Of a stretch of 58,036 bases of DNA, positions 36,296-46,892 are shown piece after piece (the first letter of the stretch is position 1; each line of letters starts with the position of its first letter). Under the pieces are notes generated by a model. It did no database searches. It was not told the origin of the DNA and saw only the letters and a program-made list of their open reading frames with translations. Both the position numbers and the translations under genes were made by a program. Origin of the DNA: a virus (taxonomy: Duplodnaviria; Caudoviricetes); the IMG/VR virus record IMGVR_UViG_3300028840_000318, positions 1 to 58,036 of that record. One strand, written 5' to 3'.

Positions 36296-37123
36296 CTATA
36301 TTTGAGATTTCAGGCCGTCACCTGTAAAAATGTTAACTTGCGGCACGTCCGTCCAACCAAGATAGTTTTCAAAATTGCCCAGGGTGATACACTCTGACCG
36401 CAAATTGCGGCAGGCACGGCCAAGGCTGACCGTGGCACCAAGAAATAGGTCAGGTATTGGCCTGAATATTTCCACCACGTCACCGCTGTGCGCCACTATC
36501 ATCACCCACACGTCAGTTCCAAACCGCAACAGCCCGCCCTTGTAAAAGTTGGCAGGCTTCCCACTAACACCGCCAAGGGTCAGTTGCTTGCCGTCTGTCG
36601 ATATGCCACCAACGGCATAGTCATCTTTTAACGTGTCAAAGTTCAAACCGCATCTTGGCGTGTATATTGTGTGGTTGCACCTGCCTTGGTAGCGCCAACG
36701 CATACCTTCAGTTTTTAAAGATGCAAGCAGGCTTTCACATTCAAGCTTGGCGTTTGCAACCCCGTCCGGCCAATTGGCGTCAAGCACTTTTCCCCTGAAC
36801 AGGTAACGCGTGTCAGGTGCGCCCAGGTCATCAAAGTGCAGCCTGAACACGTCAACAAAAATTTCATAGAATGGCGGTTGCTGTTTGAACAGTTCCGCAA
36901 TTGCATTATTCTTGCCAACTTCAATGACAAGCCTGTCACGGGCTTCTTCCTGGCTTTGGCTGACGCTTCCACGCTTAATGTAATCACTGACATATGTTAT
37001 GCTTTGCAGCGTGTAATCACTGTCAGCGCTTGTATAATAGTGAAAGGCAGGGCCAACTTGGAATTGGTAAAATTCAAGCGGGTGGCCACTGTCAATGCTT
37101 TGTTCAAGTGCATCATATGCCAT
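36296..37123 (-). CDS. Tail tip assembly protein (DUF2163/BR0599-like)
   Basis: YTSAD, CNHTIY..CGL, C-terminal C......C...NFENYLG. Confidence 0.8.
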   Translation of the reverse strand: MAYDALEQSIDSGHPLEFYQFQVGPAFHYYTSADSDYTLQSITYVSDYIKRGSVSQSQEEARDRLVIEVGKNNAIAELFKQQPPFYEIFVDVFRLHFDDLGAPDTRYLFRGKVLDANWPDGVANAKLECESLLASLKTEGMRWRYQGRCNHTIYTPRCGLNFDTLKDDYAVGGISTDGKQLTLGGVSGKPANFYKGGLLRFGTDVWVMIVAHSGDVVEIFRPIPDLFLGATVSLGRACRNLRSECITLGNFENYLGWTDVPQVNIFTGDGLKSQI

Positions 37124-37128
37124 TTGTC

Positions 37129-38826
37129 TTAGCTCGCTTCAGGGTACTTGATTGAGATTAACGGCACGGTCACTGAAGTCACAATGCCGTCACCAATAGT
37201 GTGTTCAAGCACAATATTGTCAGTGTCAAAGCGCACCAACCGCATAATGCTTATGCGTTCAATATCTTCAGGCAACACGTCCACGCCAATGCTTGCGTCA
37301 AATTCAATTTCTTCTGTTCTTGCCGCAAGGTCTTCAGCTTGCAGCCCAACATAGTCACGATATTCCACGCTTCCGTCAGTAAACACAAACTTCAACGCAT
37401 ACCCCAACGCTGCAATGTCCAAAAACTTTTGGTTGCTGTATTTCACCACCATGGTCACGGCTGAAGCGCCAATGGTCTGCACAAGTTCATAGTCTTCACG
37501 GTATGATTCCAGCCAAAACGGCTTCAAGCGGCCAAGGCGTCTGTACAGGTATTTTTTCAAGTTCAACCGTTCTGCCGCACCCCTGACAACAAAGCCTTGC
37601 AAGTTGGTTTCTTCTGTAATGCTGCGCGTTGGGTATGCCCTAAAATACCCTGTTTGGTTGTCAAGGAATTTCAACGGCAACACAACACTGCTATTGATTG
37701 AACCAAATTGGGCGTTCAGGTCATCCCACACTTCATATGACTTGTATGTTGTCCATGTGACAGATTGGCCGTCAATGTTGGTGTTGTCCATTCCCCTGAA
37801 GGTTATGGTGCTGCGTGTGTCATCCATACGGCCAATCTGACGCCGCAAGCCACCTTGCGCACGGCAGCGCAACAATGGAATAATTAACGCGCCGTCATCA
37901 TAGTTGTTGACCACTTCACGCAAAAGCACCAACCGGTCAGCTTGCACAGTGTCAATTTCAACGGCTTCATTCCAAATATCATCAGTCCAAATAAGTGCAA
38001 GGCCACCGTCACGGAAGTCAAGGTTTGCCGTGTCAATAAATATTTCAGTGTCAAGGGCAGATATGGGTGCAACGTGCTTGACAACATCAGGCCAATATGG
38101 CAGGGCAAAAACCTTGTCTTGCCACCCGTACATAATTGAATTCAACCGCGTCTGCACTTCACCGTCAGCCTGCGTGACAAATTCAAAAACCTGCCGTGCG
38201 TCATTGCGCAACCGCACCCGCTGTTCACCACTATATGCCTTGTGTACGTCTGTCAGCCAACGCAAAGATTCTTGCAGCTTTGTGTCAGGTTCAAATGCAA
38301 AAACACTAAGGCGGCTTCCAATAATGTTGACCGTGCCTTCATCGGCACTGAATACCCAGGAAAGGAAGGCGTCAATGGTTGGCGGGCCGTCTGCCAATAC
38401 AGTTATGTCATACACACTTGAATGAAGCTGAAGGAAGGTTGCACCAACCGGAAGGCCACCGCTGACAACAATGCCGTCAGCATTAACCTTATTCAATGCT
38501 GTATGCTGCCGGTTGGCAAAGAAGCCGTTCCACACTTCAACTTGAAATTGCTGCGCACTTGAAACACTGCCCGCGTCAATGAATGATGGAAGCACGGCAA
38601 TGCGGTTGTAAAAAATGTCAGTGAATTCCCAAACTTTATCAGCGTTCAAGTGCCGTGGGTCAACCGTGGTTGGCACCTTGACCATTTGGGAAGCGTTCAG
38701 GCCAATGGCATATTGGTCAGGGCCATACACGCCGCCTGGGCTCCCCTGAAGAAGCCTGTGGTGCAGCGGTATTGCCCAATTTTCTGCAATTGGGTCAATG
38801 GTGGCTTGTGCTGTTATGACGGCCAT
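37129..38826 (-). CDS. Distal tail/virion structural protein
   Basis: ESLRWLTDV...EQRVRLR, GRLKPFW; position in the tail module. Confidence 0.75.
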   Translation of the reverse strand: MAVITAQATIDPIAENWAIPLHHRLLQGSPGGVYGPDQYAIGLNASQMVKVPTTVDPRHLNADKVWEFTDIFYNRIAVLPSFIDAGSVSSAQQFQVEVWNGFFANRQHTALNKVNADGIVVSGGLPVGATFLQLHSSVYDITVLADGPPTIDAFLSWVFSADEGTVNIIGSRLSVFAFEPDTKLQESLRWLTDVHKAYSGEQRVRLRNDARQVFEFVTQADGEVQTRLNSIMYGWQDKVFALPYWPDVVKHVAPISALDTEIFIDTANLDFRDGGLALIWTDDIWNEAVEIDTVQADRLVLLREVVNNYDDGALIIPLLRCRAQGGLRRQIGRMDDTRSTITFRGMDNTNIDGQSVTWTTYKSYEVWDDLNAQFGSINSSVVLPLKFLDNQTGYFRAYPTRSITEETNLQGFVVRGAAERLNLKKYLYRRLGRLKPFWLESYREDYELVQTIGASAVTMVVKYSNQKFLDIAALGYALKFVFTDGSVEYRDYVGLQAEDLAARTEEIEFDASIGVDVLPEDIERISIMRLVRFDTDNIVLEHTIGDGIVTSVTVPLISIKYPEAS

Positions 38827-38838
38827 GCCCGCACCTTG

Positions 38839-40032
38839 TTAGTTGTTTTTAATGGCCAAGCCCGTGCCATGACTGCGCAAGTTGCGGCTTGATATAGTCA
38901 CAACATCATTGGTAAATGGCACATACTTTTGGTTGATCGGCAACACAATGAACGTGTCACTGCCAAACGTCAACACCTGCTTTGGCGTCAGGTCACGCAT
39001 GTTCACCAAGTATGTGTCAGGAAGGGTGCCAAGTAACGTCATTTCAGGCGTTGACGTGTTTGAAGTATTAACGGCACGCTGCCAAAAGAATTGAATTGGT
39101 AAAAATTCCGTCACAAGGTTTGAACTATTGGCTGACCGCTTCATTATGTTGTCTTTTATCTGCAAATCATGGCCAGGACAACCCAGGTATTGACTTGTTG
39201 AAATTGAACCAACACTTGATACCACGGTTGACCAATCACCGCTGCCCGTGTACGTGCTGTTGGTGGTTCCATTGCCCATTGGGCCAAGCCAACCATTTGC
39301 ACCACCATGCAGGGCAGGGTCAAGCTGAAAAAACATATTGTGCAGATTGTTGGTAACGTTGTTAACGCTATAAAATGCCGTATAGTGTTGAAAAGGGTGC
39401 GTTACCAACCTATAAAAGCTGTACGGGTCAGGCCAACCGTAATATGGTGACGTGCCGCCATAGTATGACAATGGTGCATGTTGGTTGGTACAGCCTGCAT
39501 AGAATTGACCGCCCGTATAACTTCCCGCACCCGTCTTGTCAACTTCACCAAAACAAAACATGGTATAAAAGCCAAGCGTGTGTTCAACAAACACACAAAC
39601 ATATTCAGGTGAAGAACGTTGAAAAAACCAATACGTTGGCACGTTCCCATTGCCACCAACGTACAAGCCTGTACGTGGTACAGATGTTAAATTGCCGCTT
39701 GACACGCCGTTGGTTTGATATGACCATCTTGATTCACCGGCATTGTAGCCTTTTGACAAGTTCATTGCCAAACCATCAATAAGATTCCACTGTGACACAT
39801 TAAATATGCCCGTTGTGCCATTCCAAATGTTTGTTGCCGTGTCACCAATGAATGATTTCAGGTTAAGGTATATGGTGCCAAAGCTACCTGCTTTTTGCAG
39901 GTGCGCTTTTTGTCCGGTTGCTTCACCAACTGACGTCTTGGCGTTCTGTGTCCAACCGTTTGTTGTCAAGAAGGTGACAAGGTTGTCAAGAAGTGCGTCA
40001 AAGCTGATTGCCGTGCCTGTTTGATAATTCAT
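38839..40032 (-). CDS. Virion structural (minor tail) protein
   Basis: MNYQTGTA...L..FLT.NGW; G/N/T-rich. Confidence 0.7.
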   Translation of the reverse strand: MNYQTGTAISFDALLDNLVTFLTTNGWTQNAKTSVGEATGQKAHLQKAGSFGTIYLNLKSFIGDTATNIWNGTTGIFNVSQWNLIDGLAMNLSKGYNAGESRWSYQTNGVSSGNLTSVPRTGLYVGGNGNVPTYWFFQRSSPEYVCVFVEHTLGFYTMFCFGEVDKTGAGSYTGGQFYAGCTNQHAPLSYYGGTSPYYGWPDPYSFYRLVTHPFQHYTAFYSVNNVTNNLHNMFFQLDPALHGGANGWLGPMGNGTTNSTYTGSGDWSTVVSSVGSISTSQYLGCPGHDLQIKDNIMKRSANSSNLVTEFLPIQFFWQRAVNTSNTSTPEMTLLGTLPDTYLVNMRDLTPKQVLTFGSDTFIVLPINQKYVPFTNDVVTISSRNLRSHGTGLAIKNN

Positions 40033-40043
40033 ATTATCTGCCT

Positions 40044-41375
40044 TTAGTTCAATTCTATTGCGGCATAATCTTCAAGCGCCGTTTCATTTGCTGACCTTAC
40101 CACCAACCACGTGTTGCCACCGTCAGTGAACGTGTTTTCAGATTGATTGTCCACCCCACTAATTGCACGTATTCCGTCAAGAACACCAAAGCACACGGTT
40201 GGGTCAGCACTTAGTGTCATGCGGTCATACAATTTGATTGGCCATGTTGGGTATGTTCCATCAATATTCTTGGTCACTTTACGCATACCACGCTTGAAAT
40301 ATGGCCAAACAGTTGCAGGGTAAAAACCGTCAACCTGATAAGCTGATACCTCTGCCGGTATTGAATCACCTTTTGTGCCTTGGCCCAACATAAAGCCACG
40401 CCAATCACCACCAGGGGTGTAAATCCGGCCCGTGCTTAAATGGTCAGCTTCTTCAATCGTGTTCAACACGTCAATCATTGGAAACCAAAAAGATTGATTA
40501 TATGCGTTGACGTCTGAATAACGCACGTCATCATTGTCAAAACTGGCATTGCCGCCAATATAAAGCGGGTAATTCCACTGTGCTGGCGTGTAATAAGGCA
40601 AAATCCACCCCAGGTATGTGACATTAAAAAACGCTTCAAACGTTGCGGCCATGATAATGCGCCGCCCGTTGGCCACAAACCAGTAATCAATTTCATTGGG
40701 GTCTTTGACAAATGTTGAAAAAGGCGTGTTGACTTCCAGGGTTGAGCCCACCCCGTTCCATCCGGCTTTTGGGATTGCCCCAGGCTGTTCATGGAAGGCT
40801 TCAGAAGCTTGGTATGCCGTATAACCTTGAAGGCTCCAATTGTAAATGTCTGACGCTGAATTGTGGTAATTGGCTATACCAACAAAAATTTCATCAGTTC
40901 CGGCGGGTGCGCCTGGGCCTGCAAGAATCAGTTCTTGGGTGCCGGTTGCGTTCAGGTTGGCGCTGACGTCACGTTTGATTGTCCAGGCTTCCGTTGAAGT
41001 GGTCATGGCACCTGTGGCATAGGTAAACACCCATTGGTCACCAACCACGCAATTGTAAGCCAACGGCCCTGTAATCAAAAAGCGTATAATGCCGTTGTCA
41101 TACACTGTGCCTGCCGTTGCTGCCGCCTGGGCTCCTGAAGTGCTGCCGGTCACCGAAAAGACCGCAACACCATCACCACCACCCGTGGTGCAAACAATTG
41201 TCCACGTTTCAAGTGGCGTGGTGGCAACAGGGCCTTTGGCCCGTATATACTTGATTTCAGGGTTGCCCGTCAGGGTTGGCGTCACAGCACCATGTTGCGG
41301 CCAACCGGCCACAAACTGCTTCAACGCATCCATCAAGTCAAGGTAACCGTATGCACTGCCTATTTCAAACGCCAT
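40044..41375 (-). CDS. Virion structural (minor tail) protein
   Basis: MAFEIGSA, YWFVANGRR, YPLYIGG; follows the tape measure. Confidence 0.75.
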   Translation of the reverse strand: MAFEIGSAYGYLDLMDALKQFVAGWPQHGAVTPTLTGNPEIKYIRAKGPVATTPLETWTIVCTTGGGDGVAVFSVTGSTSGAQAAATAGTVYDNGIIRFLITGPLAYNCVVGDQWVFTYATGAMTTSTEAWTIKRDVSANLNATGTQELILAGPGAPAGTDEIFVGIANYHNSASDIYNWSLQGYTAYQASEAFHEQPGAIPKAGWNGVGSTLEVNTPFSTFVKDPNEIDYWFVANGRRIIMAATFEAFFNVTYLGWILPYYTPAQWNYPLYIGGNASFDNDDVRYSDVNAYNQSFWFPMIDVLNTIEEADHLSTGRIYTPGGDWRGFMLGQGTKGDSIPAEVSAYQVDGFYPATVWPYFKRGMRKVTKNIDGTYPTWPIKLYDRMTLSADPTVCFGVLDGIRAISGVDNQSENTFTDGGNTWLVVRSANETALEDYAAIELN

Positions 41376-41380
41376 GTCAT

Positions 41381-43609
41381 TTACCTTTGAATTCTTTGCG
41401 CAATTTCATTGACATTGTTGTCAAGCCAATTGGTGATAACTTTTTCACCTGCCGTTGACGCCATGACGCCAAGCACCTGTTCTTCACTGGTAACATTTAA
41501 CACCTTTAAATTCAACCCTTCACCACCCTGCCCAGGGGCAGGCGCATTGTTGGCCATTGCAGCCTGTTGGGAAGGTGTTGAAACGTCCACACGTTCACCA
41601 GGGGTGGCCCTGAAAGCCACCGTTTGTGAATCAGTGCCGCCTTGGCCACCAACCTTGAAGCTGCCGCCGTCAGCAAAGCCTGAAAGGCTTGAACCTGCAA
41701 GGCCACCAAGAAGGCCACCAATGCCGCCACCACCCGCGCCGCCAATGCCACCAAGAAGGCTTTGAATTCCCTTTTGCAAAAACAATTTGGCAAGGTCTGA
41801 CAACATGCTTGTAATCAACTGCCGGAAGTTAACTTGACCGGTCTGTGTGAATTCAAGCAGTGCGTCACCTGCCCTGTTGAAAGCATCACCAACACCTTCA
41901 TTGACCACTTCACCCAGGGTGATAAGTTCTGATTTCACGGCCTTGATTTTTTCAACGTCCTTGTCAACACTGGCCGCACCTTCTGCCGCGCCTGGGCGTG
42001 CAACCGCCTGTGGCGCAATAGCCAGGGCTTCAAAATTCGCCTGTTCATTGGCAATCAATTCCTTTTGCGCTGCAACACGTTCAACGGCAATCTGGTCAGC
42101 ACGGTCAAAAGTAGCGTTCACAAAGTCTTCAAAACCGCTGAAGCTTAACCCTTCCATCAAACCAGCTTCCACAGCGGCACCAATGCGTTCAGTGCCACCT
42201 TCAAAGACGTTTGTGTAACGGGCAAGCTGCACCTTGGCCACAGGTTCAAGGTCAAGAAGTGCAAACGGTTTGTTGATTGCTTCAATTATCGTGTTGACTG
42301 AAGCTTCAGCCAAGTCAATAATCTTATTCAACCCCTGCAAGAAGATGTCACCAAGTGCGGCAGGCACGTTTTTGAAAGCTGCAACCACGCCCTTGGCTGT
42401 GGCTGAATACACGCCAATAATGCCGTCAGCGGTCTGCGCTGCAATCAACACCACGTTCTTGAAGGTCAGGTCAACGTCACCAAAGGCGTCTTCAAACAGG
42501 TTGCCAAGCCCTGAAATGGCAGGGCCAAAAGTGGCAATGAAGAAGTTGGCCAGGGTGGTGGCCGCTGACACAATGTTTTCAAACACGGCCTTGGCCAAGT
42601 CTGCCAGGGTGGTCAGCCCGTTGCCGGTCACAAAAATTTGGTCTGAAAAGGTAATCAGCGCCGCAATTGCGGCAGTGGCAGCAACGGCCAGGGCTCCCAA
42701 TGGATTGGCTGCAATGGCCACGGTCAGCGCCTTCACGCCTGCAATGGCCTTTGGTATGGCCTTGGCCGCAAGGGTGACGCCAATGACAATGGCCAGGGCT
42801 CCCACTGCCCTGGCAAGGGTTTCAATGTTCTTGGCCGTGAACAGAAGGCCCTTGGCAAAGGTTGTTGAAATGCCGGTTGCCGCGTCAAGGCTTCCAACCA
42901 CCCGCACCACTTGGTTGCGTAACACCTGAAAACTTTGACCGATAGTTGGCACGGCCTTTGCAAAGCGGTCAATCAGTTCTTCACGGGCGTTTTTGAAAGC
43001 GTCAAGCACAATGCCCGCCGTTATTTTGCCTTCTTGGCCCATGGCCCGCAATTCACCACGCGTGACGCCCAATTCCTTGGCAATGACGTCAGCAACAACA
43101 GGAAGCTGTTCAAGCACACTGCGCAATTCATCACCACGCAATGCGCCGGAAGCCAAACCCTGTGACAACTGAATCAAACCGTTTTGCGCTTCCTGTGCGC
43201 TTGCACCTGACAGAAGCACGGCTTGGTTCAAGCTTTCACTAAAGCGCAACGTTTGCTGTTGGCTTATACCCAATTCCTTGACGGCCAAGCCAACACGTGC
43301 GTACACTTCCGCTGTGCCTTCAAAACTTGACCGCGTGCGGTTGGATATTTCAAACAATTCCTTGGTGACGGCGTTCAGTTCACCCGTGCTGTTGGTCACG
43401 GTCTTCAGCCTGTTCTGAATATTGGTGAACGTGTCAGCCAACCGTGTCAACCCGCGTATGATAACACCGGCAGAAATAAAGCCCAAGGCTCTTTGGAGGA
43501 GCTTCAAAGAACCTTGGGCAGTCTTTGCGGAAGAACCAATTGATTCTATGTTGCGCCGGACAACACGGCTCCCCCGTTCAGACACTTCAATGCGTAAATT
43601 TTCAGCCAT
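41381..43609 (-). CDS. Tape measure protein
   Basis: QLSQGLASGALRGDELRSVLEQLP domain; Ala-rich; FADGGSF..GG.GGTDS. Confidence 0.93.
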   Translation of the reverse strand: MAENLRIEVSERGSRVVRRNIESIGSSAKTAQGSLKLLQRALGFISAGVIIRGLTRLADTFTNIQNRLKTVTNSTGELNAVTKELFEISNRTRSSFEGTAEVYARVGLAVKELGISQQQTLRFSESLNQAVLLSGASAQEAQNGLIQLSQGLASGALRGDELRSVLEQLPVVADVIAKELGVTRGELRAMGQEGKITAGIVLDAFKNAREELIDRFAKAVPTIGQSFQVLRNQVVRVVGSLDAATGISTTFAKGLLFTAKNIETLARAVGALAIVIGVTLAAKAIPKAIAGVKALTVAIAANPLGALAVAATAAIAALITFSDQIFVTGNGLTTLADLAKAVFENIVSAATTLANFFIATFGPAISGLGNLFEDAFGDVDLTFKNVVLIAAQTADGIIGVYSATAKGVVAAFKNVPAALGDIFLQGLNKIIDLAEASVNTIIEAINKPFALLDLEPVAKVQLARYTNVFEGGTERIGAAVEAGLMEGLSFSGFEDFVNATFDRADQIAVERVAAQKELIANEQANFEALAIAPQAVARPGAAEGAASVDKDVEKIKAVKSELITLGEVVNEGVGDAFNRAGDALLEFTQTGQVNFRQLITSMLSDLAKLFLQKGIQSLLGGIGGAGGGGIGGLLGGLAGSSLSGFADGGSFKVGGQGGTDSQTVAFRATPGERVDVSTPSQQAAMANNAPAPGQGGEGLNLKVLNVTSEEQVLGVMASTAGEKVITNWLDNNVNEIAQRIQR

Positions 43610-43611
43610 GG

Positions 43612-44043
43612 TCAAACCCCTTTTAGCAACTTGAATTTGCGCAACACGTCACGTGCCGCCTGCACCATAAAAGCTGACATGCCGCTTGGTGCTTGCGGGC
43701 TTGTGCCTTCATCCAACGGCACAATATATTCAACGTTGTTGGTTATGAAAATGCTGCCAAGGCGTGTCTTGTATCCACGTGTTGCCTGACGTGCCTGGGC
43801 CAATGCTTCAGCGGTTCCGGCGGCAGGGTTGTCAGGCGTGTCAACTGTTTCTGTGGTGGGCTCCCCAATACTGACCAACCAATTGGCCCGCGCACGCCCT
43901 GTGTCAACAGGGGTGCGCAAGACGCCAACTTGGTCTGCTTCAAGTGCAGCTTGGCGCACAACGTCATTGGTGTTTTTGCCAATAGTGTCTGCAACAACCT
44001 TCATGCGTTTTGAAAAGTCTTTCAACCCTATTGGCCGCGCCAT
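43612..44043 (-). CDS. HK97 gp10-like neck/tail completion protein
   Basis: TPVDTGRARANW, NNVEY..LDEGTSPQAP.G. Confidence 0.85.
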   Translation of the reverse strand: MARPIGLKDFSKRMKVVADTIGKNTNDVVRQAALEADQVGVLRTPVDTGRARANWLVSIGEPTTETVDTPDNPAAGTAEALAQARQATRGYKTRLGSIFITNNVEYIVPLDEGTSPQAPSGMSAFMVQAARDVLRKFKLLKGV

Positions 44044-44044
44044 G

Positions 44045-44419
44045 TTACAACCTTTTCAGCAATGACTGTTTGGTTTTGATTTCAGCTTGAATCAAAGCTG
44101 TTTTCTTTTGTATGAAGGCGTTGTCAACTTGCCGCATGATATAGTGCAGGCTTTCATGTTGGTCTTGGTCTAACTCATTGACAACCGCCCAATGTTCTAT
44201 TGCATACCAGGGAATTGGATGCACCACCCCGTCACCGGTTGGCCTGCATGTGTCCAAATCCCAAAAGGCACCCCAATATAGATACAGCCCAAAATTCAAT
44301 TCGGGTGCGTTCTGTATCTTCTTTGGAAGTGGCTTGTTTTCGCGCATACATTGTTTTATCACCGCTTCTTCATGCTTGCCTTGCTCCACGGTATAAAGCA
44401 AGACGTCAATTAGTTTTTT
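44045..44419 (-). CDS. Tail chaperone C-terminal extension (-1 frameshift product)
   Basis: In the -1 frame from the slippery A AAA AAC; no own RBS. Confidence 0.75.
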   Translation of the reverse strand, partial: KKLIDVLLYTVEQGKHEEAVIKQCMRENKPLPKKIQNAPELNFGLYLYWGAFWDLDTCRPTGDGVVHPIPWYAIEHWAVVNELDQDQHESLHYIMRQVDNAFIQKKTALIQAEIKTKQSLLKRL

Positions 44420-44820
44420 GCGTCAGCTTCCGCGTCTTCAATCTTGAAATTGACAAAGCTTTCAGCCTGGGCCTTGACGTCTTCAAACAGGTCCGGCAGG
44501 CGTTGAAAAAGCGCAAGGCAATTGGCCGCTGAAAACTGCAAAGGCGTCTTGCCGTCAGTGTCAACCATGCCAGGGCCACCCCAATCAAGCACAACGGCCT
44601 TGGCATACACTTCCTTCAGGATTTCATTGGCCTTGTCATTGGGCAGGGTGCCGTTGGCAATTGCGCGTCTGTACGGCTTGCTGACGGCTTCCAACACACG
44701 GTTGTATTTCTTGTTTGCGCCGCCCGCCCTGGCCACTTTAATCCAAAAGTCACCATAATCAAGTTCAATGCCCTGGGTTTCAACGTTCTTGTCAGTTCCA
44801 AAAAAGGTGTTCACGTTCAT
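44410..44820 (-). CDS. Tail assembly chaperone
   Basis: ARAGGANK; ends AKN-stop on the slippery heptamer; follows the tail tube. Confidence 0.85.
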   Translation of the reverse strand: MNVNTFFGTDKNVETQGIELDYGDFWIKVARAGGANKKYNRVLEAVSKPYRRAIANGTLPNDKANEILKEVYAKAVVLDWGGPGMVDTDGKTPLQFSAANCLALFQRLPDLFEDVKAQAESFVNFKIEDAEADAKN

Positions 44821-44900
44821 GGTATTTGCTCCCCTTGTGAATATGCCCAGGCGCAAGCGTGTTGCACCTGGGCAAGTTATGGTTGGCTGACCGTTCCGGC

Positions 44901-46433
44901 TTACAGGTCAGCAAGGTCAGGCAGGTAATCAAAGAAGACCATCAACAGCGTGTGGTCTTGGTTGGCGTTGACTTTGGCACCCGTGGCCGCGTCAGTGGTC
45001 ACAGGCAGGGTGATTGGTTGATCTTGCTCCACGTTCAAGCGCCCGTCACCCAGGGCAATCAGCGGCACGTCAACCACAATGCCCTGATTGGCTTTGACCA
45101 ATGACATGTCAAGGGTAATGTCAGCATTGGCCCTGACGGCGGCAACAGCGGCCACCGTTGAAAAATATGCAGTAATGTTGCCACTGACTGCAAAGGTTCC
45201 GGCGGTCACTTCAAAGCTGCCCAACACGCCAAGGGCCTTGTTGCCCGTGACGTTGTTGTTAATGTTCAGCGTCATTTCAGTGACAAAGGCAAACAGCGGG
45301 TTGGGGAAGGCGTCACCGGCTGTGACTTCTGCAAGCTTAATGCGTGAAAAGTCAGAAGACGTGTTGAAGGCGTCTGCTTCCACAATGGCGGGCCGTGTGC
45401 CGCTTTTGGGTCCGGTTGCAGCGTCAACCTGTTCATTGTCAGCGCTGACAAAGGAAAGGTCAACCGTGATCTTGTCAGCGGTTGGCATGTTCAAGGCAAG
45501 TTCTGACGGTACACTGCCGGTCAGGTATTCAGCTTGAATGTCTGAAGGTGCCGCGTCATCAGGTGCGCCAAGGGTCCGTTCAACATTGTACGTGCGCCGC
45601 TGAATCAAGGTTTGGTCTGACTCATTTTTCAGCACACGGCCAAAGAACAGGCGCACAGTCAAGCCCGTGCCGGTTTCATTGGTCATGGTGGCAGCGGTCT
45701 TGTCAAATTCAATGTATGTGGCTGCAACAGCCCGCACACGGCACATGCCGTTGTTGTTGGAGCCAACAAAGGCTTCACCCGCGCCGTCACCACCAATGAA
45801 AATGAATTCACCTGACACAAGGCCCAGGGTGGTGAAGTCAAAGGTGCCACTGGCACGGGTCAGGCGTGGCCATGTTCCGCTGACGTCAATGTCAACTTCA
45901 CCGCTGCCCATTTCATGCCCCACTTTTGAAATGGTGCCTGTTTGGGTTGCGGCAGTTACCAGGGTTTCAGCCACGGTCACGGAAGCGGCCACGGCAGCGG
46001 TCACCGTCTTCAGGCCATTGTTGGCCGTGTCATCAAAGCCCTTGGCAAAAAGAAGGTCATCCACAACGTAACCATCACCACCACTGGCGGGTTCATAGTC
46101 ATTGCCAGTGCCGTCAACCGTGGCAACGTCAAGTTCATCCTTTTTGCGCAAACTGGCAAAGAAGAAACCTTGCAACAGGTCTTGCAAGTTCTCTTGCGTA
46201 ATATCCATATTGAAGCCACCACTTGCGTCAAGGTCTGTCACAACGCCCTTTTTGCGCTGACGGCTTGGGTTAATGGGGTTACGCGCCACAGTGGTCAATT
46301 CACCACCAAAGTCTGCGTAACTGTTGGGCTCCAACGGCTTCCACACAGGGCTTCCAGGCAGCACCTTAAAACTTGCTTCTTCAGCATAGCGCAAGCCTGT
46401 GACGTTACTGTCAATTTTTTGAAGGGTGGCCAT
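44901..46433 (-). CDS. Major tail tube protein
   Basis: IDSNVTGLRYAEE, ARNPINPSRQRKKG; position. Confidence 0.88.
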   Translation of the reverse strand: MATLQKIDSNVTGLRYAEEASFKVLPGSPVWKPLEPNSYADFGGELTTVARNPINPSRQRKKGVVTDLDASGGFNMDITQENLQDLLQGFFFASLRKKDELDVATVDGTGNDYEPASGGDGYVVDDLLFAKGFDDTANNGLKTVTAAVAASVTVAETLVTAATQTGTISKVGHEMGSGEVDIDVSGTWPRLTRASGTFDFTTLGLVSGEFIFIGGDGAGEAFVGSNNNGMCRVRAVAATYIEFDKTAATMTNETGTGLTVRLFFGRVLKNESDQTLIQRRTYNVERTLGAPDDAAPSDIQAEYLTGSVPSELALNMPTADKITVDLSFVSADNEQVDAATGPKSGTRPAIVEADAFNTSSDFSRIKLAEVTAGDAFPNPLFAFVTEMTLNINNNVTGNKALGVLGSFEVTAGTFAVSGNITAYFSTVAAVAAVRANADITLDMSLVKANQGIVVDVPLIALGDGRLNVEQDQPITLPVTTDAATGAKVNANQDHTLLMVFFDYLPDLADL

Positions 46434-46448
46434 GGTCAAGTTCTCCTT

Positions 46449-46892
46449 TTAACGTAATTGGTCAAATTCAAATTCAGCAACCACGTTGCTTCTGAAATAC
46501 TGACCGCGTTGGCCAATGTCAACGGGCCGCACATTTCTGAACCAAACACCGTTTGCATTTTTGCCTTCAAATGCTGACAAGCAAATTTCAAGCAGTTGGT
46601 CATTCAACACCTGACCGGTTCCAAACGGCGCATGAATCTGAAGCGTTACAATGCCGCGCCGGTCAAACCGTGCTTGCCCGTCTTGGTCTGCAAACGTTGC
46701 TTGCCCGCCACCGTTGAAGGCAGCGTGCGCCACAATGTACGGGTCAGCGGCTTCCGTCAAAGCGTCTTGGGTCTTTGGCACGTCCTGGCCAACATCCCAA
46801 TACAGCACCTTGATTGGTGCGCTTATCGGGTCACCGTCCAACGTGGTCTTAATCTGTGAATATATGGCGTCACGCCCTTGGGTCACGTTCAC
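46449..46892 (-). CDS. Tail terminator-like protein
   Basis: GVWFRNVR...NVVAEFEFD; precedes the tail tube. Confidence 0.7.
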   Translation of the reverse strand: MNVTQGRDAIYSQIKTTLDGDPISAPIKVLYWDVGQDVPKTQDALTEAADPYIVAHAAFNGGGQATFADQDGQARFDRRGIVTLQIHAPFGTGQVLNDQLLEICLSAFEGKNANGVWFRNVRPVDIGQRGQYFRSNVVAEFEFDQLR

